Origin: Isurus oxyrinchus
Taxonomy: Eukaryota
Assembly (NCBI GenBank): GCA_026770705.1
Contig: JANJGN010000010.1
Span: forward strand, 46,996,001 to 47,060,000
DNA: 64,000 nucleotides
Reading direction: 5' to 3'
How positions within the stretch are numbered: position 1 is the stretch's first letter; each line of letters starts with the position of its first letter. The notes beneath the pieces were generated by a model that did no database searches, was not told the DNA's origin, and saw only the letters and a list, made by a program, of their open reading frames with translations. Both the position numbers and the translations under genes were made by a program. Positions 36,572 to 48,840 of the stretch are shown piece after piece.

Positions 36572-37469
36572 ATGCAGGCAGCAGTTGGGGCAGTCGAGTG
36601 CTCCAAATGCAACATGTGGGAAGTCATGGACAGCACAATTGTCCCTGATGACTACACCTGCAAAAGGTGCATCCAGCTGCAGCTCCTGAGAAGCCGCGTT
36701 AGGGAACTAGAGATGGAGCTGGATGAACTTCGGATCATACGGGAGGCAGAGGCAGTAATAGACAGGAGTTTCAGGGAGACAGTCACCCCTAAAAGTCAGG
36801 AGGCAGGCAGCTGGGTGATTGTCAGGAGAGGGAGGGGGAGTAGACAGAAAAAGCAGAGCAACCCTGTGGTTGTTCCCATCAACAATAGGTATACCGTTTT
36901 GGATACTGTTGGTGGGGACGACCTACCAGAGACAAATTGTAGTGGTCGCGTCTCTGGCACTGAGGCTGGACCCTCAGCTCAGAAGGGAGTGAGGGAAAAG
37001 AGGAGAGCAGTAGTGATAGGGGATTCAATAGTTAGGGGGACAGACAGGAGGTTCTGTGGGAGAGATCGAGAATCCCGGATGGTCTGTTGCCTCCCTGGTG
37101 CCAAGGTCCACAATATCTCGGATCAAGTTCTCAGTATTCGCAGGAAGGAGGGTGAGCAGCCAGATGTCGTGGTCCATGTAGGGACCAATGACATGGATAG
37201 GAAAGTTGAAGGACAGGACCTCCAGGCTTACGATCTCAGGAGTGCTACCCGTGCCACGTGCTAGTGAGGCTAGAAATAGGAGGATAATGCAGCTAAATAT
37301 GTGGCTAAGGAGATGGTGCAGGAGGGAGGGCTTCATGTTTCTTGACAATTGGGCTCTGTTCCAGGGAAGGTGGGACCTGTTCCGACCGGACAGTTTGCAC
37401 TTGAATTGGAGGGGGACTAACATCCTTGTGGGTAGGTTTGCTAGTGCTGCTCCGGGGCATTTAAACTAG
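36572..37469 (+). pseudogene. CR1 ORF1 (zinc finger, coiled coil, SGNH esterase), frameshifted by a small deletion
   Basis: CSKC...CKRC, VIGDSIVRG, HVGTND, then DSLHLN in the shifted frame. Confidence 0.9.
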
Positions 37470-37471
37470 AT

Positions 37472-40391
37472 TTGCAGGGGGAGGGGAACCAGAGTGTTAG
37501 AGCAGATAGTGAGGTGGAGGAGGATAAAGGTCAAGCGAGGAATGCATGTATAGACAGAAATCAAGGGTCCGTACGTGATAGAAATGTTCTCAGGTGCATC
37601 TATTTCAATGCAAGGAGTATTGTTGGAAAGGCAGATGAGTTTAGGGCGTGGATTGGCAGGTGGGATTACGACATTATTGCTATTAGTGAGACTTGGTTGC
37701 AGGTGTGGCAGGACTGGCAGCTCAATGTTCCAGGGTTCTGTTGTTTCAGACGTGATAGAGGGGGAGGGATGAAAGGGGGAGGAGTGGCATTACTAGTCAG
37801 GGAAAATATGACAGCTATGCGTAAGCAGGACAGCTCGGAGGGCTCGTCTACAGAGGCCATATGGGTGGAGCTGAGGAATGGGAAAGGTGTGACCACACTA
37901 ATAGGGTTGTATTATAGACCCCCCAATAGTCAGAGAGAATTGGAGGAGCAAATCTGTAGAGAGATAGCAGACCGATGTAAGAAACAGAAAGTTGTGATAG
38001 TAGGAGATTTTAACTTTTCACATTTTGACTGGGATTCCCATACTGTAAAAGGGCTGGATGGCTTAGAGTTTGTCAAATGTGTTCAGGAAAGTTTTCTAAA
38101 TCAATATATAGAGGTACCAACGAGAGAGGATGCAATACCTGATCCCCTATTAGAGAACCAGACAGGTCAGGTGACGGAAGTATGTGTAGGTGAACATTTT
38201 GGGTCCAGTGACCACAATGTCACTAGTTTTAAACTAATTATGGATAAGGATAGGTCTGGTCCTCGAGTTGAGGTTCTAAATTGGAGAAAGGCCAATTTTG
38301 TGGAAATGAGGAAGGATCTAGGAAGAGTGGATTGGCATAAGCTGTTTTCTGGCAAGGATGTGTTCAGTAAGTGGAAGGCATTCAAAGGCAAAATTTTGAG
38401 AGTGCAGAGTTTGCATGTTCCTGTCAGGATTAAAGGCAAAGTTAACAGGCATAGGGAACCTTGGTTTTCAAGGGATATTGGTGATCTGGTTAAGAAGAGA
38501 GAGGTGTATAGCAGGTATAGGCAACAAGAAGCAAATGAGGTACTTGTAGAGTATAGAAAATGTATGAAAATACTAAAAATAGAACTCAGGAAGGCAAAAA
38601 GAAGACATGAGGTTGCTTTGGCAGATAATGTGAAGATAAACCCGAAAGGTTTTTACAAGTATATTAAGAGTAAAAGGATGGTAAGGAACACAATTGGTCC
38701 CCTTGAAGATCAGAGTGGTCGTCTATGTGTGGAGCCTCACGAGATGGGGGAGATCTTAAACAGTTTTTTTTGCATCAGTATTTACTCAGGAAACTGGCAT
38801 AGTGTATAAGGAAGGAGTACAAGCTGTACGATATACAAGCAGTAGTTTCATGGAACATATAGAGATTAAAGAGGAGGAGGTGCTTGCTGCCTTACAGTAA
38901 ATAAAGGTAGATAAATCCCCCGGGCCTGACATGATATTCCCCCGGACCTTGAGGGAGATTAGCGTAGAAATTGCAGGGGCCCTGGCAGAAATATTTAAAA
39001 TGTCCTTTGCCATGGATGAGGTGCTGGAGGATTGGAGGGTAACTCAAGTTGTTCCATTGTTTAAAAAAGGCTCCAAAAGTAAACCAGGTAATTACAGGCC
39101 AGTGAGCCTGACGTCAGTAGTAGGTAAATTATTGGAAAGTATTCTGAGAGATCGGATATATAATTACTTGGACAGCCAAGGGCTGATTAAGGATAGTCAG
39201 CATGGCTTTGTGCGTGGTAGGTCGTGTTTAACGAACCTTGCAGAGATTTTCGAGGAGGTTACTAAGAAAGTAGATGAAGGAAAGGCTGTGGATGTTGTCT
39301 ACATGGACTTTAGTAAGGCCTTTGACAAGGTCCCACATGGAAGGTTAGTTCAGAAGGTTCAGACACTTGGTATCCATGGAGAGGTTGTAAACTGGATTCG
39401 AAATTGGCTGTGTAGGAGAAGACAGAGAGTGGTAGTGGATGATTGCTTCTCAGACTGGAGGTCTGTGACTAGTGGTGTGCCTCAGGGATCTGTACTGGGA
39501 CCATTGTTGTTTGTTGTCTATATCAATGATTTGGATGATAATGTGGTGAATTGGATCAGCAAGTTTGCTGATGACACTAAGATTGGAGGCGTTGTGGATA
39601 GCGAGGAAGGCTTTCAAAGCTTGCAGAGAGATCTGGACCAACTGGAAAAATGGGCCAGAAAATGGCAGATGGAATTTAATGCGGAAAAGTGTGATGTGTT
39701 TCATTTTGGAAGGTCAAACCAAGGTAGGACATACACAGTAAATGTTAGGGCACTGAGGACTGCGGAGGAACAAAGGGATCTGGGAGTTCAGATACATAGT
39801 TCCCTGAAAGTGGCGTCACAGGTAGACAAGGTTGTAAAGAAAGCTTTTGGCATACTGGCCTTCATAAATCAAAGTATTGAGTATAGGAATTAGGATGTTA
39901 TGGTGAGGTTGTATAAGACATTGGTGAAACCAACTTTGGAGTATTGTGTGCAGTTCTGGTAGGATATCAATAAGATTGAGAGAGTGCAGAGAAGATTTAC
40001 TAGGATGTTGCTGGGTCTTAAGGAGTTGAGTTACAGGGAAAGATTAAACAGGTTAGGACTTTATTCCTTGGAGTGTAGAAGAATGAGGGGAGATAAGATA
40101 GAAGTTTACAAAATTATGAGGGGTATAGACAGAGTAAATGCGAGTAGGGTCTTTCCACTTAGATTAGGAGAAATAAACACAAGAGGACATGGCTTTAGGG
40201 TGAAAGGGGAAAGGTTTAGGGGGTACATTAGGGGGAACTTCTTCACTCAGAGAGTGGTGAGAGTGTGGAACAAGCTACCATCCGACGTGGTAAATGCGGG
40301 CTCACTCTTAAGTTTTAAGAATAAATTAGATAGATACATGGATGGGAGAGGTCTGGAGGGTTATGGACTAGGTGCAAGTCAATGGGACTAG
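37472..40391 (+). pseudogene. CR1 ORF2 (APE endonuclease and reverse transcriptase), disrupted
   Basis: YFNARSI, ISETWL, GDFN, SDH; NYRPVSLTSV, DFSKAFDKVPH, GVPQGSVLGP, FADD; frameshift near 38770 and internal stops. Confidence 0.93.
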
Positions 40392-41373
40392 CGGAATAAT
40401 ATTTCGGCACAGACTAGAAGGGCTGAATGGCCTGTTTTCTGTGCTGTAGTGTTCTATGGCTCTATATGATGTACGGCATCAGAGGAATCGCAGATGTATA
40501 TGGGAAGTGACTGGACAAGGGAAGAGAGAACGGAGTCAAGATAGGAAGAAATGAGTTGTGTGGGGCAGGAACAGGCTGACATGGTCGGTCTACCGGGACA
40601 GTCCTATTTGTGAATTTTGGGGAGGAGGTAAAAGCGGGCTGTCTGAGGTTGGGAGACTATGATTTTGGAAGCTGTGGAGGGAAGACCTACAGAGGAGATG
40701 AGGTCAGTGACAGTCCTGGAAACAATGGCTTGATGTTCAGTGGTAGGGTCACAGTAGGAGGAAGTGTCTGAGAGTGCTCAGCCTCTGCGACATAGAGGTC
40801 AGTACACCAGACAGCAACAGCACCACCTTGTCGACAGGTTTGATAACAAAGTCAGGGTTGGACCTGAGAGAACGGAGTGCGGCAAGTTCAGAAGGAGACA
40901 AATTAGAGTGGGTGAGAGGTGTAAAGAAATTGAGATGGTCGATGTCACGCCAACAGTACTCAATGAAAAGATCAAGGGCAGGCAAGAGGCCAGGGTGAGG
41001 GGTCCAGGTGGAAGGAGAATACTGGAGGCAGGTGAAAGGATCCGTTGAACGGGGGGAGGACTCCTGTCCAAAGAAGTGAGCATAGAGATGAAGGCAGCAG
41101 AAGAAGAGTTCAGTATTGTTTCAAGTCTGGAATTCATTGAGGTGAGGGCATAAGGGTATGAAACTGAGTCCTTTGCTAACTACTGAATGTTCAACATCAG
41201 AGAGGGGAAGGTCAGAGGGTATGGTGAATACATGGCAAGGGCTAGGATTAAAAGACGGGAAGGGGTCAGAGGGATGGGAAGGGGTGGAGGGTCCTGGATG
41301 GGCGTTGGTATCAATGATTGTTGGAACTTGCATTCCTTAGCACCTGAAAGGAAGAGACAAAGTTTCTTGTTAA

Positions 41374-41605
41374 AGCAAAAGCAAAATACTGCAGATGCTA
41401 GAAATTTAGAACAAGAACAAAAATACCTGGAAAAACTCAGCAGGTCTGACAGCATCTGTGGAGAGGGATACAGTTGATGTTTCGAGTCCATATGACCCTT
41501 CATCAGAATCTGATGTTCTGGTGGAGGGTCATACGGACTCGAAACGTCAACTGTATCTCTCTCCGCAGATGCTGTAAGACCTGCTGAGTTTTTCCAGGTA
41601 TTTTT
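41374..41605. mobile_element. Palindromic Penelope pLTR mini-element
   Basis: About 100-bp inverted arms; 12-bp duplication gtttcttgttaa at 41362-41373 and 41606-41617. Confidence 0.8.
41472..41510 (-). ncRNA. Minimal hammerhead ribozyme motif
   Basis: Minus strand gattCTGATGAagggtcatatggactcGAAACatcaact: intact CUGAUGA and GAAA cores with stem II. Confidence 0.6.
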
Positions 41606-44209
41606 GTTTCTTGTTAAGATGTCGGATGAGATGAATAATAAAATGAAACTGGGGCAAGGACAGCTTTGAGATAGGGTGAGTTGGTGCTGCTGGAGGGAGA
41701 GGTCAAATGTGCTCATATGGCAGCGCATGGCTCTGAGTGTGGATCTCAAGATGCGGCGAGAACAGCAGTCCAAGGAGGGTTGTATGTCCCGGAGATACCT
41801 GTAATCCTGCGTGGATTCAAAACAAGAGGGATAGAACTTCAGTTGGAATGCACATTGGGTAAGTCGGAGATGGAGACACTGAGGAAGGAAATATGGCTGT
41901 GAAAGTGAGTTTTAGTAAACACCTTGTCAAACACCAGGAGGGAAATGGAAAGTAATGAAGGTGAACAGAACACCTTCCCATGCAATCGCAGAAGGTGCAA
42001 CACCTGCCCCTTTACTTCCCCCCTCCTCACCGTCCAAGGGCCCAAACACTCCTTTCAACACTTACACTTCCCTCAATTTGGTCTACTGCATTCGCTGCTC
42101 CCAATACGGTCTCCTCTAAATTGGAGAGACCAAACGCAGACTGGGTGATCGCTTTGCAGAACACCTTTGTTCTGTCCGCAAGCATGACCCAGACCTTCCT
42201 GTCACTTGCCATTTCAACACACCATCCTGCTCTCATGCCCAGATGTCCGTCCTTGGCTGCTGCAATGTTCCAGTGAAGATCAACGCAAACTGGAGGAACA
42301 GCGCCTCATCTTCTAATAAGGCACTTTACAACCTTCTGGGCTTAACACTGAATTCAACATCTTCAGACCATGAACTTGATCCTCCATCCTCACCCCTTTT
42401 TGATCCCCTTTTTTCAATGTCTATTTTTATTTTTAAATTTTTTTCCCACTCATTTTTATTATCTTAAATTTTTTTTTCCATTTTTATTCATTGTTATATC
42501 CCCACCTTTTAGCCTATTTTCGATCTTTTTTCCCACCGCTGTCCCCTCCCCCACTCGGGCCATCTGTTGCTTGCTCATGTTGCCCTTTCTAGACTACTTA
42601 CCTAGTCCGGCTATTATCACATTCTGCTTTCTACTCTTAATGTCACCATTAGCACCTCCTTTAGCCAGTATCACTACCATTACCCTCTTTGACCTTTTGT
42701 TTATGACCTCTTTTGCAATGTCTCCTTTGCCTTCACCTATCGCTGGCCTTCTATCCAGCTTCACCGGTTCCACTCCCCTTAATCAGTATATATTTCACCA
42801 CATTTCTACTTCTCTTTAGCACTGAAGAAGAGTCATATGGACTCAGAATGTTAACTCTGTCTTTCTCTCCACAGATGTTGTCGGGCCTGTTGAGTTTTTT
42901 CAGCAATTTTTGTTTTTAAGATTTCCAGCATCCACAGTATTTTGCCTTTACCTATATTTCTAATGTCTTGTAATGTTATTTAAAAAAAAAATTCTCCTCA
43001 CTGGATCTACAATGTATTTTCAATAATTTTGCTTGCATCTTTATGGCATCACTGATTTACAGTAAAATGGAAAAACTTCCAAAATTGCGTAATTTTTGCA
43101 GATTAGGTAAAGCTAAGTTTTGATGGCTTCACATTTCAAGTTTTATAACATACAAAAGGACTTAAGGAGGTTTATGCTATTAGTTTTCCTTGGGTCACAA
43201 CTGTTTACTATTTCTATTTATGTTTATCTGTTTTTATGATCCAATGTATGCTAATTAGATTCTAAGGAAATTGCAGCATAAGCTACCAAAGGAGCACTGC
43301 CATAACTCACTGTTTCATGGTTTGCTGTTGAATTGGTTATGCTGAGTGGCACAGCTGTTGTAGAACCTATTTTCCATTGCAATAATTTGCTTACAGGCTT
43401 GCCTTACAATATAGTATGAAACCTCTTTAAAATAGTGAATATTGTCACTCAGTTCAAGGGCTTGGAGATGAAAGAAAATAATGTACTTATTTAAAATTAT
43501 GAAAAAGTAATCAGACCAACTAAAACTGTGAAGATTAAAAATATATAAATGAAAATGTCTATAACGGGTAATTACTATTTGTTAGGATTTCTGTGAATTG
43601 AATATAACCTAGTGAATATACAAAGAAGTTCTGGAGTCAAATCTATGTGGAAAAATAATAGCGAGTTAGCATCGCATGCTGTTATTAATGCGCTAGTTAG
43701 CCAAAGAGATCTTGGCAAGAAGAGATATGTCATGAGTAGCAAATCTGCAGAACATGCTTATCAATTTATGTCACCTGACTATTTATCTTGCAAACATGGC
43801 TAATTTCTCCTTTATTTTTAAGAACATGCTGAATTTACACATCAATTGCACAATAAACTCACTGCAAAAGTTAGGCTCTAATTCATCCCTCTTCTCTGTC
43901 GTTCTTGTTTCTTTTTCAGTTATCGCATCTCATTGGTTAAAGACAAGAACTACTGTTCCTATCATTTACTTAAAGTCCCAGATGCCAGCATGTACTCAAT
44001 GGGCTGAATGGCCTCCTTTTGTGCCATTCTGATTCTATGACTCTTATGACGTTATTCGCTGTAGCTGTGATTGGACTTCCACCAAGTTAAGTGCAAATTA
44101 TATTCAAGCTGAAGGATACAGGAAAATGTTTAATGTGCTCCAATAAGTCCCTTGTCTTGTTTCTGGCATACTTCGTGCAGTTAATTTTATGTTCTCATTA
44201 GGCTTGCAC

Positions 44210-44670
44210 AAATGACAGCTTGGCTTAATGATACTGCTCTTGCTTTCTAGTCAGAAAAAAGTCAGCTCAAACCCCACTACAGTTATACAGAGTGTAATCT
44301 GGGATGACATTTTAATGCAGTACTAGAGTCAGTGTTGCATAATCAAAGGTGCTGTTCCCACAAATTGAGAATGGAAACCAAAGCTCCATCTGCATATTCA
44401 GATGGACAGAACAGATGCCATGGAATTTTTCAGTGCAAACCTGCTGTACTGGCCAATATAACTTTTAGGCCAATATCACTAAAATATATTAGTTAGTCAT
44501 TCATCTCATCATCGTTTGTGGGACTTCACAAATGTGCAAATTATTTGTCTATAAGAACAATAGTGACTGTAGTTCAAACATTAAATCATTAGCTGTGAAG
44601 TATTTTGAGATGTCTTGGGTAATGTGAAAGATGCTATATAAACCTTATAAAAATACAAACCTTTATATTT
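44210..44670 (+). mobile_element. SacSINE1-like Deu-SINE (old copy)
   Basis: gcttggcttaatg head, ctggccaata / gtttgtgggac core, tgtgaaagatgctatataa tail. Confidence 0.65.
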
Positions 44671-44869
44671 TCTGCATCAGTGTATCACAAATTTCATTAG
44701 AAATTTAAAACAAAGAATGAAATTGAGACACCTTCCATCTAATCATCTTTCATCTAATCCAATTCTCCAGCACTCTGATGCCTCAAATTGACCTCTGCGT
44801 GTTCCTGACAAAGTGTCTTATTGAGTTTGGTGCCTTCCAGAATCTAATTTCTTCATTTGGTTAGTTACA

Positions 44870-45020
44870 AGCCATGGACTCACACAAATCGGCGGAGATG
44901 TTTAACCTCTGTAGGGATGCTTTGAGGACATCCCTAAAGTGTTTATACCCTCCTGGGAATCTCCTTCCAAAACCAAGTTGTGTGTAGAGCAGTTGCTTTG
45001 GCAGTCTGGTGACAGACATG
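44870..45020 (-). mobile_element. RTE-clade LINE fragment
   Basis: MSVTRLPKQLLYTQLGFGRRFPGGYKHFRDVLKAS. Confidence 0.7.
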
Positions 45021-45079
45021 TAATGTCCAATGGGGCTGGCTGGTGAATAATCATTGTAAATGGTCCCAGGGTCTGTTTA

Positions 45080-45279
45080 ACATAGACTGCTGGAAATGAG
45101 GTCTCCAGGAACTTTCAAACATTTATTAACTATGTACAGGAATAGAATAGAGGCTCCTTCCAGAACCATCTCTCTCGGAGCACTGGTCACGTGATCTAAC
45201 ATCTGACATCTGAGATCTGACATCACTGATGATGTATGTTAGCTGTTGGCATAATAGCTATTAACCCTTTTACACTACA
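45080..45279 (-). mobile_element. Probable Gypsy solo LTR
   Basis: Ends taacccttttacactaca like the LTRs ending at 10122 and 13961; flanked by gttta at 45075-45079 and 45280-45284. Confidence 0.55.
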
Positions 45280-45509
45280 GTTTAGCCCCTAGTGCTGGGC
45301 AAGTTGGCTTGGGAGGGGAGGGTGCAGTTGGATCACCTTTTTCCAGTGCTTTGAGGTGCCTGCTATTGGTTGTCCAAATCTCTGAAGCATATAGGAACAT
45401 GGGGGTCACTTCATACTTGCCCACAATATATTCCATATGCCAAGTGTCTGCCATTTCAGCAGTCTGTCTCTGTTCTCATGAAGTCTGTTGTTATCTCCTT
45501 CATTATGTC

Positions 45510-45740
45510 CTGTATACCCAAATACCATAAATTCATAAAAAAGAGCAGAGGTCCTACTACTGACACCTTGAGAACACCACTATACTCTTTCTGCCATTCT
45601 GAAAAACAACCGTTTGCTGCCACTATCTGCTACCTGTCCCATGTTACTTTTCTCTACCATTCCATGCTGCCACTTCCCCTTTAATCCCATGGCTGTTAAT
45701 TTTGCTTACAAGCCAATTATGTGGTACCGTGTCAAACCCA
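45510..45740 (-). mobile_element. CR1 RT fragment
   Basis: FDTVPHNWLVSKINSHGIKGEVAAW. Confidence 0.75.
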
Positions 45741-46329
45741 TTTCCAAGGTGTTGTGAAACCATACTTAATATCAAAAAATGATTTTTGAATTTATTGGTT
45801 GGAAATCCCAAACTGACTGTTTTTTTTGGAAGACTAAAGCCACATTCCAATGGTTTGAGACCACAGTCAAAGATGGCTCCATTTTTGCATCACTGTACCT
45901 TCTACATTCCAAAGCCATTCCAAACCTGAAATACAGCAACCTGTCTGCAAAGATGCACCAGGTACAATGGCTTTGAAAGATTATGAATGAGGGCCATCTC
46001 ATGCAAAGCATCTAGACAATCATCTGGGTACTCAACCAGAAGGAGACAAACCATTAGACATGATCACCTGGAAAATGGGATCCTGTCTAAGAGAGGGATT
46101 TCCAGCCTGGATATAATCAAATTACAACTGGGAGACACTAGCTATTGATCCAAACTTACCTTCTCAGTGAATGGGGACCAGAAGTACAACTCCCAGCATG
46201 CCTTAAGAATTTTTGCACATATGCAAACGGAAGCAGGTAGCACATGTCTAATCCAGCGTTTAGAAGATCTTTGGGTCGAGGATGGGCCCAGTACATTTGC
46301 ACAAAAAGAAAACTATGCAAAACCCAGTT

Positions 46330-47147
46330 CTTGTGACCTGGGAACAGAGCATCATATCAAGAAGAATCCCAGAGAGGGAACAAAGAGAGGGTTCAGGGAG
46401 AGGTCACAGTTAAGGATAAGGAAAAGGGAGCAGAAAACAAGAGGACCCAAGAAGAAAAAGGACTGCGGTAGGCAGATTTTAAGTAGCGAGGGCTCAGGAG
46501 AAGCCCTGGAAATCGAAGAAGTCAGCAGAAAGTTGGTGATTCAGTGTCCTGGGCTGATAAGTTAAAGGTACACTTTTGGAGCAGTAGTATTCTGTTCAGC
46601 GTAGCTGAAGAGCTGACATGGTCCTTGTGAGTTGGTGTGGGAGTGCAGGCTCAGGAATCCAGGGAAACTGTCTCAGAAGACGAAATTGAAACCCTGTGGG
46701 ATGGGTCATTGTTGAGGCCATCTGAGTTGGTGCAACGTTGGAGAGAATGCCAAGGTGAGGTCTTTGAAGGTGAAGACTGGAATCCCTCATGAGAGAGACA
46801 GAGTTTCAATGAGATTGGTTGACTCAGTGTTTACTGATTTCTGGATAGTTGCTGAGAAATCCGTTGGATCTTTCTTGGTCATATTTGCTATTTAATGTGT
46901 AGTACGGGTGTTAGACTACATTTCACCTGTTAATTCACATGTGCCTCATATTAACCCTGAATGTTAGAATATAAGATAGATATTGTATTTTTTTTTTATT
47001 TTTCTGATCTTGTAAAGTTTATTTTTGATTGTTCAAAACCCATCAAATCTTCTGGCTTCATTCTCTTAGCAAGTATCTTGGACTTGGTCCACTGGTCCCT
47101 AACTGAATCGTACCAAAAGCTTGAGCATCTGGTCCAAGATCATAACA
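46330..47147 (+). mobile_element. Possible solo LTR
   Basis: Ends ...cataaca like the 57414-58319 LTR and is non-coding; 5' boundary and TSD not established. Confidence 0.4.
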
Positions 47148-47849
47148 CTATGACCATATTTTGGTCACTAGGCAGTTGAACAGAGATGGTCATGTGACAA
47201 GTCAGCTTTTTGTTTGTTTAAGCACGTGCTTTCCCTGTATAACAGGACAAGCAACTGAGAAGCTTCAGGAATATGAATGGCTTCCTTCCTTCTCTTTCTC
47301 CCTCTCTCTCCATCCAACTTCCAGGTTTTGAACCCTGTCTGTTGATTTTGACTATCCAGGTGGGGCAGAAAAAGGGTGGAATTTTCCATGCCTGCTGGTG
47401 AAGGGCGTCATGGTGGGCATGAGCAGACAATATGGTGGGAAGAAATTGTTTTCACAACATCGTTAAACCAGTTTGCAATCATCCGCTCTGCCCACCAATG
47501 GCGGGCCATGTTTTCTGCCGCCGCACATCGGGAACTTCATTGTAATACATCTGCATATCATTACAAGAATCATCCCCCCGGGTTGGTGGGAAAACACACA
47601 TCTTGACAAGTGTGACATGCAGAAGTCGGGACTTACTGTCAGGGCCTTGCTCACATTACGGACATCTGGGGACCAGAAGATGCTGGAGCCTGATAGCAAC
47701 GGGACACTGGGGGAACATGCCATCGCATGCTGGGTGGATTCTCATGGGACATGACTCCGCTGCAAAGCAGTTCATGATAGGTGGTAGGTCACCATTGAGG
47801 GTCTGCTTCTGGACTTGTGTCTTGGCCATGGTCTGCAATGGATGATCAT

Positions 47850-48840
47850 CAAGAAGGTGGAGAGGAAGGTATAGGTTTGACTGGGAGAGGAAGGTGTGTT
47901 GGTTGGTTTGGAGGGGGGAGGGGGGGGAATCGAAGGTGTCGAGGGGGTGATGTTGAGAGGGAGGGGGCAATGGTGTTGGGTGGGGTGAGAGTACAAGGGG
48001 GAGGAGGGTGTAATGGTAGAGAAAATGGCAACTGCGTAGGTAGATGTAATGGGGAGGAAGGTGTAGGGGAAGGAATTTGGAGGGGGAAAGGACTTCGGGG
48101 AGGCAGAAGGAGCTCCGAGAGAGGAAGGAGTCTGGGGGGAGGAAGGCGTAAGGTGGGATAGAAAGGAATAAAGTTGGGGGGGGGTGGGAGTGAAAGAAGT
48201 AAAGAGTGGAGTGAACAGAGTAAGGTGGGAAAGGAATAAGGAGGAGGTGAAAGGAGTAGAGGGGGGGAGGTGAAAGAAGAAAGGAGAGAAAGGAATAAGG
48301 AGAGGGTGAACGGAGTAAGGAAGGGGTGGTGAAAGGAGGCCGATGGTGGGGGATGGGGGCAAGGAGTCTTGGGAGGGGAGGGGAAGGAGGGCGGGTGTGT
48401 GGGGGAAGGAGGCCAGAGGGGGGAAGGAGTCCGAGGGGGAGGAAGGAGTCTGGGGGGGGGGGGGGGGGGGGGGGTGTGGAGTCGATGGCTGCCTCCTGGG
48501 GAGCAAAATGAGGGTGGTTGTGGTAAGAGGGAATGGTGAAAATGAGAAAGAGTAGAGTGAGCCGATAGGGTGAGAGGGTGAGGATGTGACGTTATCAGTA
48601 GAAGGAAAAGTGAGGGTGGTTATTGGGGCCTTGGAGGCAGATACGGAACCTGGGGGTGGGAGGGGAAGGTCGGGGAGGCCAATGTGGATGGGATTGGGAT
48701 TTTTAGGAAAGTAGGGAAGGTGCATGTGTTCCTGGACATCTTCGAAAGAAAAGGGTTCTGCCTGTTAGATGATGGTGGGGAGGTGGAAGGTGATGCTGGC
48801 GGGGGCAGGTGGGGGGGTCGACAGTGATGGGGGAAAGTTC
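47850..48840 (+). repeat. G/A-rich low-complexity tract
   Basis: About 1 kb of strong purine/G skew with many GGG runs and a >20-nt G run at ~48452-48474. Confidence 0.85.

Larger units (their letters stand above)
36245..40465 (+). mobile_element. Near full-length CR1 LINE (ORF1 and ORF2, few lesions)
   Basis: 5' UTR with repeated ttgaaaaagagYgcgga; ORF1 and ORF2 as listed below; 3' tail gggctgaatggcctg...ttctatg. Confidence 0.95.
34405..42950 (-). mobile_element. Near-complete Penelope-like retroelement with an inverted 3' copy at its 5' side, interrupted by a CR1
   Basis: Minus strand: GIY-YIG IYCICCSQCSLLSIEETECRLDDRFAEHLR, RT AMGTRMGPSYACL / QYIDDCFG / LPFLDL, SNPDFVIKPVDK. 41965-42780 is an inverted repeat of 34405-35215. 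Confidence 0.88.

Noticed and set aside
45790-46150. Second RTE-like fragment on the + strand
   Set aside because: Too decayed to support beyond a vague resemblance.
47772-48725. 317-aa Pro/Ser-rich ORF on the minus strand
   Set aside because: By-product of the C/T-rich low-complexity strand, which lacks stop codons; no domain or splice context.
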